Below are positions 37,501 to 49,284 of a stretch of 64,000 bases of DNA, piece after piece. Source of the stretch: Ascidiella aspersa (lineage: Eukaryota); NCBI GenBank assembly GCA_963924565.1, contig OZ004607.1, positions 3,038,001-3,102,000 on the forward strand. Direction: 5' to 3'. The notes under the pieces are model-generated. The model searched no databases. It was not told the origin of the DNA and saw nothing but the letters and a program-made list of their open reading frames with translations. The stretch's first letter is position 1. Every line of letters begins with the position of its first letter. A program made the position numbers and the translations under genes.

Positions 37501-40500
37501 TTTGAAGTTTTGTAAAATTTTGGGTTTGATAAAAGTTGGAAATCACCTGTGTAAAACAAGTAACTGTTGGGGAACGTTCACCGATTTAACTTAACTAAAG
37601 AGTACAGGCCACAACGAGCAGGCTTCGGTTAAAAGTACATACAAGGGCAGTGATATAAAAGCCCCATCTGCAGTGATATAAATGCCCCTGAAAATGGATT
37701 AATGTCTTGTTCATTGGAGATGAAAACTGGTTCAGTTTGTGAGTTTACTTGCAAGGATGGTTATTCACTAGAAGGCCACCCTACTTTACAAAGTAGTGGG
37801 GGAAAAACATGGACAAATGATGTACCTACATGCAAAAGTTAGTGTGTTTTGAATTTTACAAAGTAGATTTGATAACTTTTACATTAATGTTGCCAATATA
37901 AAGTTATTGTTTTAAAAGTGGGGGTAATTTAGTTATATCGGCGGTAAGTTCAAACAGCATTTAAAGTTATGTAGAGCGGGCGAAATTGGGGTAGCCTTAA
38001 AAAAATTCGGAACAACTTGTGTAAAACATGTAACTGTTGAGCTTAAATAAAACATAAAGCGTTTATGAAGCGTACGCTGATTCAACCTAACTTTTAAATG
38101 CAACGGGCAGTCTCTTAAGTAAGAAGTACAGTGGTATGACTTAAATAAAGCATATATGTGTTAAACTAGAAATAAGTATTCAGTCGTAAGTTAAAAATAT
38201 AGAGTACAACAAATAAAGGCATGTAAAGTTTACAAGGGCGAGCGTACAAGACAAAAAAGCATATACACGTCACGTGATCAATTGCTCTTTTCAGAAACCC
38301 GTTGAGTGGGCGGATGGGATTCGACTGGCCTGGGAATCAGCCAATGAGCGTCGGTTAATTTGCAGCGCGCGAAGCAGCCCTGCTTACATTACATTTTGGT
38401 CAGAGGTAAGGAGGCATACTTTGTTATCACTTGGTGCATGCGTTATTATTTAGCTACTAGTATTTAAGTGTAAAAATTGGGACTTCAATATTGGCAAAAT
38501 GTTGTATTATTTTTCTGTAGGTTTAAAGCTAAGTATACAGATACAGTGGTCTGTCGTAAAGTGCACTAAAACTATTGATCTCTCTAAAATATGTAGCGTT
38601 ATTGGCAGACGTTAATTGTAAAAATATTTTCCCTGACAAATTTTGAATTAAAAAGCCTAATTTTTCTTTTTCACGTTATGCGGAGCTGTATCATAGGCGT
38701 AGCCAGGGGGGGTGCTGAGGGGCCATGTTATTTGTCTTCGTTACGGCAGTTAATACAGCGACAAAAGCTAAACAAAAACTTTTTGGAAAAAAAAATTTTC
38801 GGCTGGCTACGCCACTGGGCTGCATGTATGACAGACGTATTGGCTGTTTAAAAATAAAACAAATAATTTATATTTTATTAGGATTTAAGAAAAACTGGCT
38901 TAAGCTTAATATAATATTACGTTTTTTTTACACAAGTAAATGATTTAATTTTCCTAATTGGGACTGCTAAAAAGATAATAACTAAACAACTGTTGAAACA
39001 CATTGGTCCACATATAGACTCGAAAAAGGCTAGCTGCGTAAAACACAACCGTTTTGCAAAAAAATCATACATTTTTCGAAAAGGCCTTTGTGTGGCACGA
39101 GTTTAGTTTGTTGAGTTGCCCTCTACACCTTCCCATTCTAATAATAAATTTGGAACTTTCTTCTCAATTGATACTCTGTGATGGGATCATAAATGTGTTT
39201 ATTCTCTTAGTTTTCATGTCAATAGTGTAAATATTTTGTCAATAGTACAACAATTATTCGACTCTGTAGTGAAAAACATAGCACTTGAATAGAAATATCA
39301 ACAATCGAAGACGAGCCAATTTTTTATTATTGGCCAGCTTTTGATGCAACGGTTGGTTTGCTTAGATGCCGCGAGAGGTCTACAAAATTCAAATTTGTTG
39401 GATAAAGCTTCTGTTTTTACCGTGCCTTCCACAGAAACTTCCAAGTTGCGAGAAATCTGGATAAATAAGTAAAATATTGATCGATTGGTCGGTCGTTTGT
39501 CACACATCTAAAAAGCCTATAATGCTTACTTTAATTATTATACCTTTGCAGGTGTACAGCAAGAACCCAATGCAATTCTGCATTAGTCAGATTCGCGCTA
39601 TTAAAGAGAACGCATTGCTGGAACAGGAATACAGCGATTTTTACCAGAGGCTCAAGAACCAGATTGAAAACTACATGTGCTCACTTCTAGATCAGGTGAA
39701 ATAAAACTCATAACGGTTTGTTAAGCATACCGACCATAACCGAAAATATAAGGTGAAAACTGTGTTCGAATTCAACACAAATTCGAAACTTTAAAACAGT
39801 AGTTCCCCGCCATTTTTAGTCCTAATAAATCTTTATTTGTCATTCCGAAAACAATGCATTTTGTTGAAGACACGACATTTCGAAGAAATATAGCCCTGTA
39901 TGTACAGGTAGCCTAATGCTGTGCATGAAATTAAAGTGTTAATAACACTTCTATTGTAATAATTGGTTCTGTATGTAGTCCTGATGATAATAAACTACCT
40001 TGGAAAAATTGATTTGTGTGATTTTATAAAATAAAAAAGGCCTTTTTACGAAAAAATACGACAAAATAATATTTCACATCGTATCTGTTTGTGATGAAAA
40101 ATAAAGGTTTTAACCAAAATGCACGAAAACAGATTAGACTACCTTAACAGTCAATTGAGTGCTCGGCATCAATGTGCTAAAACACTGGTATTATAATAAT
40201 AGATATTCCATTTCTATCCATTCTTCATGATAATAATGTATAATTAAAATAGCACACTTTTTCGCCTTAAAAGAACGCAAAATGGCCCTTTCTTTAAACA
40301 AAAGTTGGAACACCATGTAACCTATTTTTATTAGTGCGTATAAATGAGCAATTCCATTTTATATCAAGATACGGTCGTCCGAAGAACTGGCTCAGCTTTT
40401 TCAATACGACTTCCAGACTTTCGCCACGGACCGCCAGGCCCTTCAGGCGTTCGCTGACGGCTCCACGACCAGGGATAAGGTCGGGGTGAGACTGGAACTT

Positions 40501-43500
40501 CTGGATCGGGCGAGCACCGAGCGCCTCATGAAGTTTGTCACGCACCCCAACTCACAGGTAATAATTACAGTGCTTCTTAAACTTTTTTAGTTTTGTTCAC
40601 CTAGCATCTATCTTCAGATTTCATTCACCCTTGTCTCATGATATGAAAAAAACTATCTCGTCTATTTATAACAGCACAAATTGACTTAAATTTTTTCGCA
40701 AGCTATCATCCATTTCTGACGGTTCACCCTTACTCACCCCTTTTGGTTGGTTCACTCCTGCAAATATTTTATTCACCCTTGAGTGAACCATTACCCTGAT
40801 TAGGAAACACTGGGTTAGATCACGAGTTCGGTTAAGTTTTACCTTCGGTTAAATTGAGTTATTTCGTTTATGACAGGGTTGTCCAACACGCGGCACGCGT
40901 GCTAAATGTGGCACTCGACCTTAAAAAATGGCACAAAAGCCCCCAAAATACTAAATTTGTTATTCAGCCAGTTGTGAACAAATGCCAAATTTGTTAAGCT
41001 TTTTGCCAAAACTACTAAATGTGTTATACAGCTAATTACCAGTATAAAACAGTCGCGGCAATCACGACCACCAACAATTACTTCTAAAATTATTACATTA
41101 TTATACTGTACATGAAGCTATAGCATTCACATAATTATATAACTTGGTGTGAAAAAGCAAAAGTCAGCTCACCGACAGTCACTTAGATGCAGTAGGCCTA
41201 ATGAGCATTTCTACTATACAGCTTAAGGACAATCTATCTTCAAAGTTTGGCTGAAAACAAACGTTCGCAAAGATGCAGTTTGGTTAATGAACGGTTGCTT
41301 TATTAAATAAACAAATGTTTTTCATGTGTGAATAAACGATTTTACTGTTTCTAAAAAAGCGCTTTTAATATTAAAACGATCAAGTTACGAAACTTTGGCA
41401 CGGGAAGAAGTTTTAAGATCAAAACTGGCAAGTTTGTGTTGGACACCCCTGGTTATGATTACGGCGCAGTGGTGTGAACACGTATTTTCGAAGTGACTTG
41501 AGCTTCAGTCAAGTAATTTTCAATACAACAATTCCACTAGAATCCATGAGTTATAATTCCATGCTACGGTGTTTCATTTGTTTCCAAAACCTTGATTAAA
41601 TACTATCACATTATAACAATGTTAAACCGATAGAACTATTTTGTAATTGCAAAGTGTGCAGTACAAATTGGAATGCACCGTTTCGAGTTTGATAATTTGA
41701 TCTTTGATTGTTTTTTTTTGTATTGAAAACTCATGCCAGGTCCCAGTCCCAGTCTTTAACAGAGCAATTTAAATTTCAAGTCAGGTCATTGGCTTAAAAA
41801 GTAAATACTGTAGAATCGGGTATCGGCTCCGATCCGATATTATCGGACATCCGTATTTATGAGTCATTTTCGAAATTTGTTTGCTTAGGAAAATAAATAA
41901 TTTAAAGCAAGCGTTCACGTAGTTTAATACACCTGGGCGTTTATATTTGCAGCTTTCTTTGACCTACCTGAGATACAGATACGTGCCTTTCCTGCGCCGA
42001 GGCGGGGTCGTTAAACGGGTTTTCATGCAAATGATTCTTGGACTTCTTTTTCCCTTCTTTTCGCTGTGTTATTTGATCGCGCCGAGTTCAAAGCTGGGAA
42101 GTAAGTGTTTATTTAAGTGTGCTAAAATAAGACTTTTTAGAATGCCTCAAGTCTGGGCCAAGTTATTTTGGACAAATTAAGTAAAAGTCAAAAAACACCG
42201 TTGTAGGCTACATGTCAAAGTTGAAAAAATGCGAAAACTTTACTTAATTTTTTATTTACCGAAATGATTTTAGTCCTAGTCAAGTCATTGTTCAAGGACT
42301 GGAGTCAAGTCAACTGATTTTAAACCATTGACTTAAGTGAACTTTAGTTAAGTCAAGTTAGTTACTTAAGGCATTATACCACTGGTTAACTAATCACAAC
42401 CTTGTTAAATTGCTATTAACTCAATGGCTGGAGGTGTTAGATTGGCGAGCAACAGATATCTCAGTCCATATAGTAGTTGGTATATAGGATTTTGTGAAAT
42501 GGTCACAAAATGCTACTTATATCTGTATGGGCCTTTGTTAGACTTAGTTTATTAGACTTTGTTAACTTTGTTTGCTTCTCGTGGACCACGGTAGACAAGA
42601 AAATTAAAAAAAGACGGCATAAAATAAAAATATATACTTAATAAACCTGTGGATTTCGGGTCTAGAAGTGTGAAAGTGCAATGGAGTGTAAATAAATTCA
42701 GTACAAACCCCTTTTTATTTTTAATTGAACTTTTTACTTTGATATAATGATTAATTATACACTACTATTCCAACAGACTTTCATGTACCCCCCAAAATTA
42801 GTTCACGGACGCCCAAAACTAGATCACGGACCCCCAAAACTAGTTCACAGACTCTTCAAATTAGTTCACAGACCCCCAAAACCAGTTCACAGACCCCTAA
42901 AACTAGTTCACAGACCCCCTAAAACTAGATCACGGACCCCCAAAACTAGTTCACAGACCCCCAAAACCAGTTCACAGACGCCCAAAACCAGTTCACAGAC
43001 GCCCAAAACCAGTTCACAGACCCCTAAAACCAGTTCACAGACCCCCAAAACTAGTTCACAGACCCCCAAATCTAGTTCACGGACCCCCCTAAAACTAGTT
43101 GACGGATCACCTAAAACTAGTTCACAGACCCCCTAGAACTAGTTCATTGACGCCCCTAAAACCAGTTCACAGACCCCTAAAACTAGTTCACAGACCCCCT
43201 AAAACTAGATCACGGACCCCCAAAACTAGTTCACAGACCCCCAAAACCAGTTCACAGACGCCCAAAACCAGTTCACAGACGCCCAAAACCAGTTCACAGA
43301 CCCCTAAAACCAGTTCACAGACCCCCAAAACTAGTTCACAGACCCCCAAATCTAGTTCACGGACCCCCCTAAAACTAGTTGACGGATCACCTAAAACTAG
43401 TTCACAGACCCCCTAGAACTAGTTCATTGACGCCCCTAAAACTAGTTCACAGACCCCCAAGGTGACCTCAGTTCAAAAATCCCTAGTCCAAAGTAAAAAA

Positions 43501-46500
43501 GGTCGACTTTGTTTTTTCAGGCTTGCTGACTCTACCCATCATCTCTTTTGGTTGTCACATGGTTTCCGAAATCACTTTTATCGTTTGTATTTTTGCCAAC
43601 GTCGTCAGCAAGTCTATGAAACGGGACTACCTCGGTAAGTGACACTCATTCTGTAGATTTAATCAGTAAAAATGTACTTAATGAGATTTTTGCTGACATT
43701 TTAGTAAATACTCAACGAAAATCCCAGTCGGGGTGCCGCAAAGCGTAAGCCATACAACGTACGTTAAGAATTACTGTCCTAAGCATTTAAAACTTGGTGC
43801 TCTACATGTATATGTGTCTGCAGTGCACCAAGCACGTGCTTATTTTGTCTAATTGTTAATCCAGCCCTGCCTATTAACCATGCTTATCTAAATAAAACCA
43901 TTCTAGTATTTTATCAGTATCGGAATAACATATGACGTTTTGGAAATTTTAAGTATACCTATCGACCATTCTTATACCGTAACCAGTGTTTCTCAATGGG
44001 TCGCTTCTTGAAATTAAGCGGACCGTTAAGTTAGTTTGGCCGCAAAAGGCAGTAGTATGTGGTTTGATAATAAGATTGATCCAGACGAATTCACGCCAAT
44101 TTCTAATGTTTGATGAAAAAAGTTGAGTGAAGAAATTTAGTGGTTTAGAAACACCGCAGTAAATAACTGCATATTTTAGGATCTCCACCGACTCCCTTGG
44201 AGTACATGTTGCTGCTTTGGATACTGGGAAAGCTCTTTCAGGAATTCCAGGAATGTTTTAACCGCGGATTTAAGAAGTACTTTTCCGACGCATGGAATTG
44301 GAACGACATTGCTCAGCTAACCTTTTTCACTGTTGCAATTATTTTCAGGTGGGAGTTTCAAGTTCAGGTTGAACTGAGGGTATTTTCGCAATGCGCATGA
44401 ATCTTTTCCGTATTTTTATTAAACGAATCTTTTCCGTATTTTATTAAATTCAGGTGTTAAACTGCTATAAAACGAAAAAGTATAACTAACTTAACTGATG
44501 GGAGCTGGACTCGAAAACCAATTGTCCGGTTGTTATCATCAGTACAGTAAAAAGTCAGTCGATGCCTAAACCTTCAGGGTATAGTCGATTTGTAGATTTG
44601 CCCTGTCATAAATATGAAACTCGCGCATACTTACAACTTTTGACGTTTTAGTAAATTACGGTGTTTGACATTTTAATAAATAAATTATTGTCTAAATAAA
44701 ACCTACCGCGAATGTGATTTCCTGACCCTATCTACTGTGGAAGCAGCGTTTGATGTAAACAACGCAACAATTAAGGCTTTTTAAATGTAATCAGTTAAAA
44801 AAGTTTTTGTAATGCGGCTTTTTCGTTGTGAGTAACTTTTCTCTAACGTAAAAGTTTAACAAAGTTTGCAACGTCGCATTTTAAAGAATCTTCTTGGCGT
44901 AGTTGTACTGCGGTAGTTTTAACCAAAACTATAGAAAAAAATAATAAATCGCTTTTTAATAAAAAAAAAATAATCACTTTCTTCTCTTTCATCTTGCGAA
45001 ATAATCGGCTTCATCCAGTATGGTCATAATAATCTGACATCTCAGCAAAACTATTAAAAAAAATATTACAATTACTTGTTGGTATCAAGCAGAGGAGCTC
45101 TTTTTGATGCGCGTTCTTGCCTTATACCTCGCAGAGTAATCGACTACGCCCAGTATGGGAGATCTCCAAAGATGACTCCAAGGCCGAAGTGGACTCGCTA
45201 CGAACCTCGTCTCATGTCCGAAGTCTTCCTCGCCTGGGCTTACGTCTTCTGCTTCCTGCGAATTCTGGGAATGGGCCGGGCCGACCGCACCCTCGGGCCC
45301 CTGCAGGTCTCCCTGGCCAGGATGATGACCAACATCATGCATTTTCTTCTCATCTTCGCTCTTGTCATCTTCTCATTCGGACTCGGACTCAGCGAGCTTT
45401 ACTGGTTTTACGGGACGGTTCCAGGAAAGCAGCTTCCCTGTCGAACAACAGGATCATTGTTCAACCAAACCTATATGAACCAGACCTTTATAAACGCGAC
45501 TGCCAACCTTACAACATCAACACCATCGAACACTTGCAAGCAAATAGACGTTGGATTCTCAACCATCTCACAGTCGCTTTTATCTCTTTTCTGGGCTATT
45601 TTCGGCCAGGTTGATCTTACCAAGTTGTCTCTTCTCGGTCAGCAGCCGGTTACCGAAGCGAGCGGACGAGTTCTGCTGGCCGCTTACCACATTTCCGCCA
45701 TCCTTGTGCTGATCAACATGTTGATCGCCATGATGGCAAAGACCTACGAAGACACGAGTCAGAACGAGGAAAACGAATGGAAGTTCCACCGCACTGCCAT
45801 GTGGATTCGCTTTATCCGACGCGAAGTGGTTCGGCCCCCGCCCATGAATCTTATCCCGAACCCGTACCGCGCCGCCGAGACCTTCAGCGCAATTAAAAAG
45901 TGAGTTTTTTTATCTTTATTCTGCTTCGTGCTATTAAAAATGAACGACGACAGGCTGTTGCGTTCCTGTAATTGAAAATGAATAAAGAGCTATTCCAAAC
46001 GTTCAAAATGCTTACTTCTTTATAGGTTTTGATGTGATTATTGCGTTTTACTACAGCCTTCAAATTATACCCCAAAGTGTTAAAATTAGTGTTAAATCGG
46101 TGCTTCAAAAAAAGTCATATAACTCTGATTATTACAGCGACAGGCTGCTGCCTCCTGCTATTGAGAATGAATAAAGAGTTATTCCAAAAGTTCAAAATGA
46201 TACCTACTTCTGTGTGGGTATTAAAATTCTTACTGAGTGTCAAACTGTTATCGCGGCTTCAAAAAACGTCGTATAACTCTCGTTGTTATTGACGAGAGGC
46301 TGCTGCCTCTTGCTATTGAAATTTAGTAAATAGCTATTCCAAACGTTCAAAATAATACCTACCTGTTTTTCGGTTTTAAAATTCTTACCAAGTGTCAAAA
46401 TTGTTATTTCATCGTGGCTTTAACTCCCTTTGTTCATGACGACAGGCTGTTGCGTTTCTGTAATTGAAAATGAATAAAGAGTTATTCCAAACGTTCAAAA

Positions 46501-48224
46501 ATGCTACCTACTTCTTTATGGGCTTTGTTATTGCGTTTTACTACAACCTTCAAATTATGCCCCAAAGTGTTAAAATTATTGTTAAATCGCGACTTCATAA
46601 AACGTCGTAAAACGGCTCTAAATCTTGACGACAGGCTACTGCGCTCCTGTTGCTGCAATTTGTTCGAAACGGTCAAACTGATACCTACTTCTGAATGGGT
46701 TTTAAAATTCTTAACAAGTGTAAAAATTGCTATTTAATCGCCGCTTTAACACCCTTTGTGTCCTAAGACGGGCTGCTGCGTTCCTGTAATTGAAAATGAA
46801 TAAAGAGTTATTCCAAACGTTCAAAATGCTTACTTCTGTATAGGTTTTGATGTGATTATTGCGTTTTACTACAAACTTCAAAATATGCACAAAGTGTTAA
46901 ACTTGATGCCTACTTCTGTATGTTTAATGGTGAAAATAACGGCCCAAATAGACATAAAAAGCGACATGCTTTATCACTGATGTTGGCATGAGCATTTGCC
47001 GAAACGTTTGAACAATAAAGCATGTCGCTTTTTATGTCTATTTGGGCCGTTATTTTCACCATTAAACTTATGAACAGATCCGTATATAGTGTTCCAAAGT
47101 ACTTCTATATGGGTTTTAAAATTCTTACCAAGTGTCAAAAAAGCTATTTGATCGCGGCTTCAACTCCCTTTTACTGATGACAGGCTGTTGCCTCGTGAAA
47201 CTCCCTTTGTTCATGACGAAAGGCTGCTACGCTCCTGTTTTTGAAAATAAATAAAGAGCTACTCCAAACGTTCTAAATGATACCTACTTCTGTGTGGGTT
47301 TTAAAATTCTTACTAAGTGTTAAAGTTATTGTTAAATCGCGACTTAAAAAATCGTTGTAAAACTCCTATTGTTCTGGACGACAGACATTTATATGAAATT
47401 CAATTTATTCAAAATGTTCAAAATGCAAAAATGTTCAAACCTACTTCTTTGTGGGTTTTAAATTTTTTACTAAGTGTCAATTAAGATTGTTATTTAACAG
47501 CGGCTTCAAAAAACGTCGTATAACTCTTATTGTCATACGACGTTACTGACGACAGGCTGCTGTTGCCTCCTGCTATTGTAAAAGAATAAAGAGCTATCCC
47601 AAACGTTCGAACTGATACCTATGCGTTTAAAAATTCTTACTAAGTGCCAGAACTGTTATTTCATCGCGGCTTTAACATCATTTGTTCTTTGACTACAGGC
47701 TTTTGCGCTCCTGTTATTGAAAATGAATAAAGGGCTACTCCAAACGTTCAAAATGATACCTACTTCTGTGTGGGTTTTAAAATTATTACTGTGTCAAGAT
47801 TGCTATTTAATCGCGATAGTTATTTAATTTAAACCCTTTGTTCTTTGACTACAGGCTTCTGCGCTCCTGCTGCTGCAAGACTCCGATAGAAGAGCAGGAG
47901 CAGCCCAAGGATCAGATGGAAGTTCCCGGTCTCCTTCACAGTCGCTCCTTTGACAATCTGAGCCAAAAGTTCTCCCGAAACCTCTCGCGGAAGCCCACCA
48001 GGAGCAACACGCAGGGAACCTCTTTCCGGCGCCCGGCCAGCTTCCAGCGGGCTTGCCGTGACGTCATAAGTTCGGACCTACGTAAGCAGCGCGCCAAGCG
48101 CGTCATGATGAAGCTGGTGAGGCGATACAAGTACCGCGTCTTCTACAACAGGAACGTGGACTGTAATGTTGCGGGTGGTTCGGATGAGCGGACCACCAGC
48201 TGGCAAACAACATGCAATTTCTGA
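28512..48224 (+). CDS. TRPC: Canonical transient receptor potential (TRPC-family) cation channel, about 1111 aa, 14 coding exons
   Basis: Phase-compatible exons: 28512-29007, 29525-29650, 31087-31227, 31837-31987, 33123-33324, 34096-34305, 38295-38405, 39552-39695, 40369-40557, 41953-42100, 43521-43634, 44180-44348, 45135-45899, 47855-48224. Features include ankyrin repeats (SALWVAIKN, GITPMMFAASCNNY), KFVTHPNSQ, LGPLQVSLARM, pore SLFWAIFG, S6 LINMLIAMM, TRP box EWKFHR, PPPMNLIP and C-terminal VMMKLVRRY. Confidence 0.92.
29735..30280 (+). repeat. Degenerate tandem repeat of about 130-180 bp, 4 copies, in TRPC intron 2
   Basis: Recurrent aagttaaaaagcaag..ggctgc..agaattg..ggtgtaattgcagacattcgtttaaatgttatttg. 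Confidence 0.8.
31294..31603. mobile_element. hAT (Charlie-like) MITE
   Basis: TIRs caggggtgggcaacc / ggtcgcccacccctg; perfect TSD atgtaaac. Confidence 0.85.
32790..33093. mobile_element. hAT (Charlie-like) MITE
   Basis: TIRs caggggttcttaaact / agtttaagaacccctg; TSD ct(t/c)taaat. Confidence 0.85.
33332..33495. mobile_element. Palindromic Penelope-like insertion (family A) at the TRPC exon 5 donor
   Basis: The 12-bp TSD acaaagtaagta (33320-33331, 33496-33507) duplicates the splice donor. Confidence 0.78.
35732..35848. mobile_element. Palindromic insertion (family C, decayed hammerhead)
   Basis: Perfect 26-bp inverted arms cttgataatgaattgcaaagccaaaa. The interior atacaagctcgtatcgaaacgtc and the downstream sequence match the 52962-53043 element. 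Confidence 0.6.
36516..37837 (+). pseudogene. Decayed multi-exon gene fragment ending in a Sushi/CCP domain exon, nested in TRPC intron 6
   Basis: 37663-37837 translates PICSDINAPENGLMSCSLEMKTGSVCEFTCKDGYSLEGHPTLQSSGGKTWTNDVPTCK, a CCP pattern with the penultimate Cys replaced by Ser (AGT), followed by phase-1 donor A|GTTAGT. Upstream AG..GT-bounded blocks 36782-36925 (open, phase 0-0) and 37176-37281 (phase 0-1, two stops) chain in compatible phases. 36516-36580 may be a frameshifted leader exon. Confidence 0.65.
38692..38817. mobile_element. Short hAT-type MITE
   Basis: TIRs cataggcgtagccag / ctggctacgccactg; degenerate 8-bp TSD agctgtat/ggctgcat. Confidence 0.65.
40874..41451. mobile_element. 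hAT (Charlie-like) MITE
   Basis: TIRs cagggttgtccaacac / gtgttggacacccctg; near-matching flanks gtttatga/ggttatga. Confidence 0.72.
42786..43460 (+). repeat. 21-bp minisatellite (about 32 units) with a 280-bp higher-order duplication
   Basis: Unit aaaac(t/c)agttcacagacccc(c/t). The variant pattern from about 42880-43160 repeats at about 43160-43440. Confidence 0.95.
45940..47854 (+). repeat. Degenerate tandem array (about 11 units, roughly 140-190 bp) of splice-acceptor copy + family A hammerhead-like segment in the last TRPC intron
   Basis: Recurrent gacgacag|gctg(c/t)tgc..cctg followed by ttgaaaatgaataaagag(c/t)tattccaaacgttcaaaatgatacctacttctg. Acceptor copies end near 45953, 46143, 46298, 46445, 46634, 46771, 47183, 47222, 47384, 47555 and 47698; the real acceptor ends at 47854. 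Confidence 0.85.
46923..47099 (+). mobile_element. Palindromic Penelope-like non-autonomous insertion (family B) with hammerhead-like loop
   Basis: Perfect 53-bp inverted arms (46922-46974 / 47015-47067) around CUGAUGU...GAAACGUU, plus a unique 3' tail. 12-bp TSD tacttct(g/a)tatg at 46911-46922 and 47100-47111. Confidence 0.8.
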
Positions 48225-49246
48225 GGCGAACGTTTTCGAATAGCAACACCATTGCCAATAGCATTTTTTCTTCTATAACAAATGGATGGAGCAGGTTTTT
48301 CCAAAATGTTTTTAAAGTAAAGCATTTTGGCTAGAAAATAGTAAAGTTTAAAATAAAAACATTGGTGAAAAGCCTAATTTAGCTAAAAGGGCACTAATAT
48401 TCGAGGTGAAACCCTAAAAATCGGTTCTTATATTTCGAGCGACTTCATGTAATTTTAAACGGCGTGCAAATGTCCCTACGGTGGCAATTAAATAAGTATA
48501 GGCGGTTCACCCATCTGTGTGCATATTTGTTTTCTGTGTTCTTATTTAGACAAGATGGGCCGTGTTTTAAAAAAAAAAAATTCGGGCTAAAAAAAAAAAG
48601 TCTTGTTTGCCTTTGGTTCAAGGTTTTTGTTGTTTATTCGTTTTATTGCTTTTCACTGTACGTTCATTCTGTTTTGATTGACCGCCTAATTTAAGACGTC
48701 ATTGTGAACTTAATTGCTCCCATTAAACCTATTGTTATGGCTTACTGCTGTTGTTTGTACTAATAACTAAGAATGTCCAATACGCTGTTTTATTTCCATA
48801 CAGATACCCGATATTTTTCGGTAAAAGTATATACTCACCGCAACCATAACAAAATAACGTCATTAAAATAGCCAAATAAGAAAAAATTGATCAAATCGTA
48901 AAGTGCCATGCTTTCCATAATAATTGGCCGAAACTTCCTTTTGCACATAGGATGTCGACTTTCGTAATGCTTTATCAGAAAATTACAGTTTTTAGGTCGG
49001 TAATTTCACGTTCTATCGCAAGACTAAAAAACATCCGAGGCTGAAATTCCTATATTAATTTACTATCCGATCGGCACCGATATTAATCGAGTATCGGCCA
49101 AGTAACGATAATATTTCTCGGCTTCGGGTATCCACTCTTATCATATTATTCCAGACATCCTAAATTTTAGCCATGTCGCTTTTTTTAGGCCAAATGAATT
49201 GCCAACTTGTTTTTAACATATTTTCTTAAAAGCGACATGCTTGATA

Positions 49247-49284
49247 TCACTGATGATGGCATGAGCATTTGCCGAAACGTTTGA
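49247..49284 (+). ncRNA. Minimal type I hammerhead ribozyme motif (family B)
   Basis: UCA CUGAUGA U GGCA-UGAGCAUU-UGCC GAAA CG UU UGA, followed by AATAAA. Intact core at 49250-49256 and GAAA at 49274-49277. Lies within an inverted repeat spanning about 49228-49304. Confidence 0.75.

Noticed and set aside
41467-42383. TRPC exon 10 enclosed within a single transposon
   Set aside because: The candidate termini match weakly and the flanks show no TSD. Separate fragments of the aagtc-repeat family on each side are more likely.
42747-43416. SSQTPKT repeat ORFs, and a possible CRISPR-like array
   Set aside because: These are translations of a 21-bp minisatellite in an intron. There are no unique spacers, no cas genes, and the context is eukaryotic.
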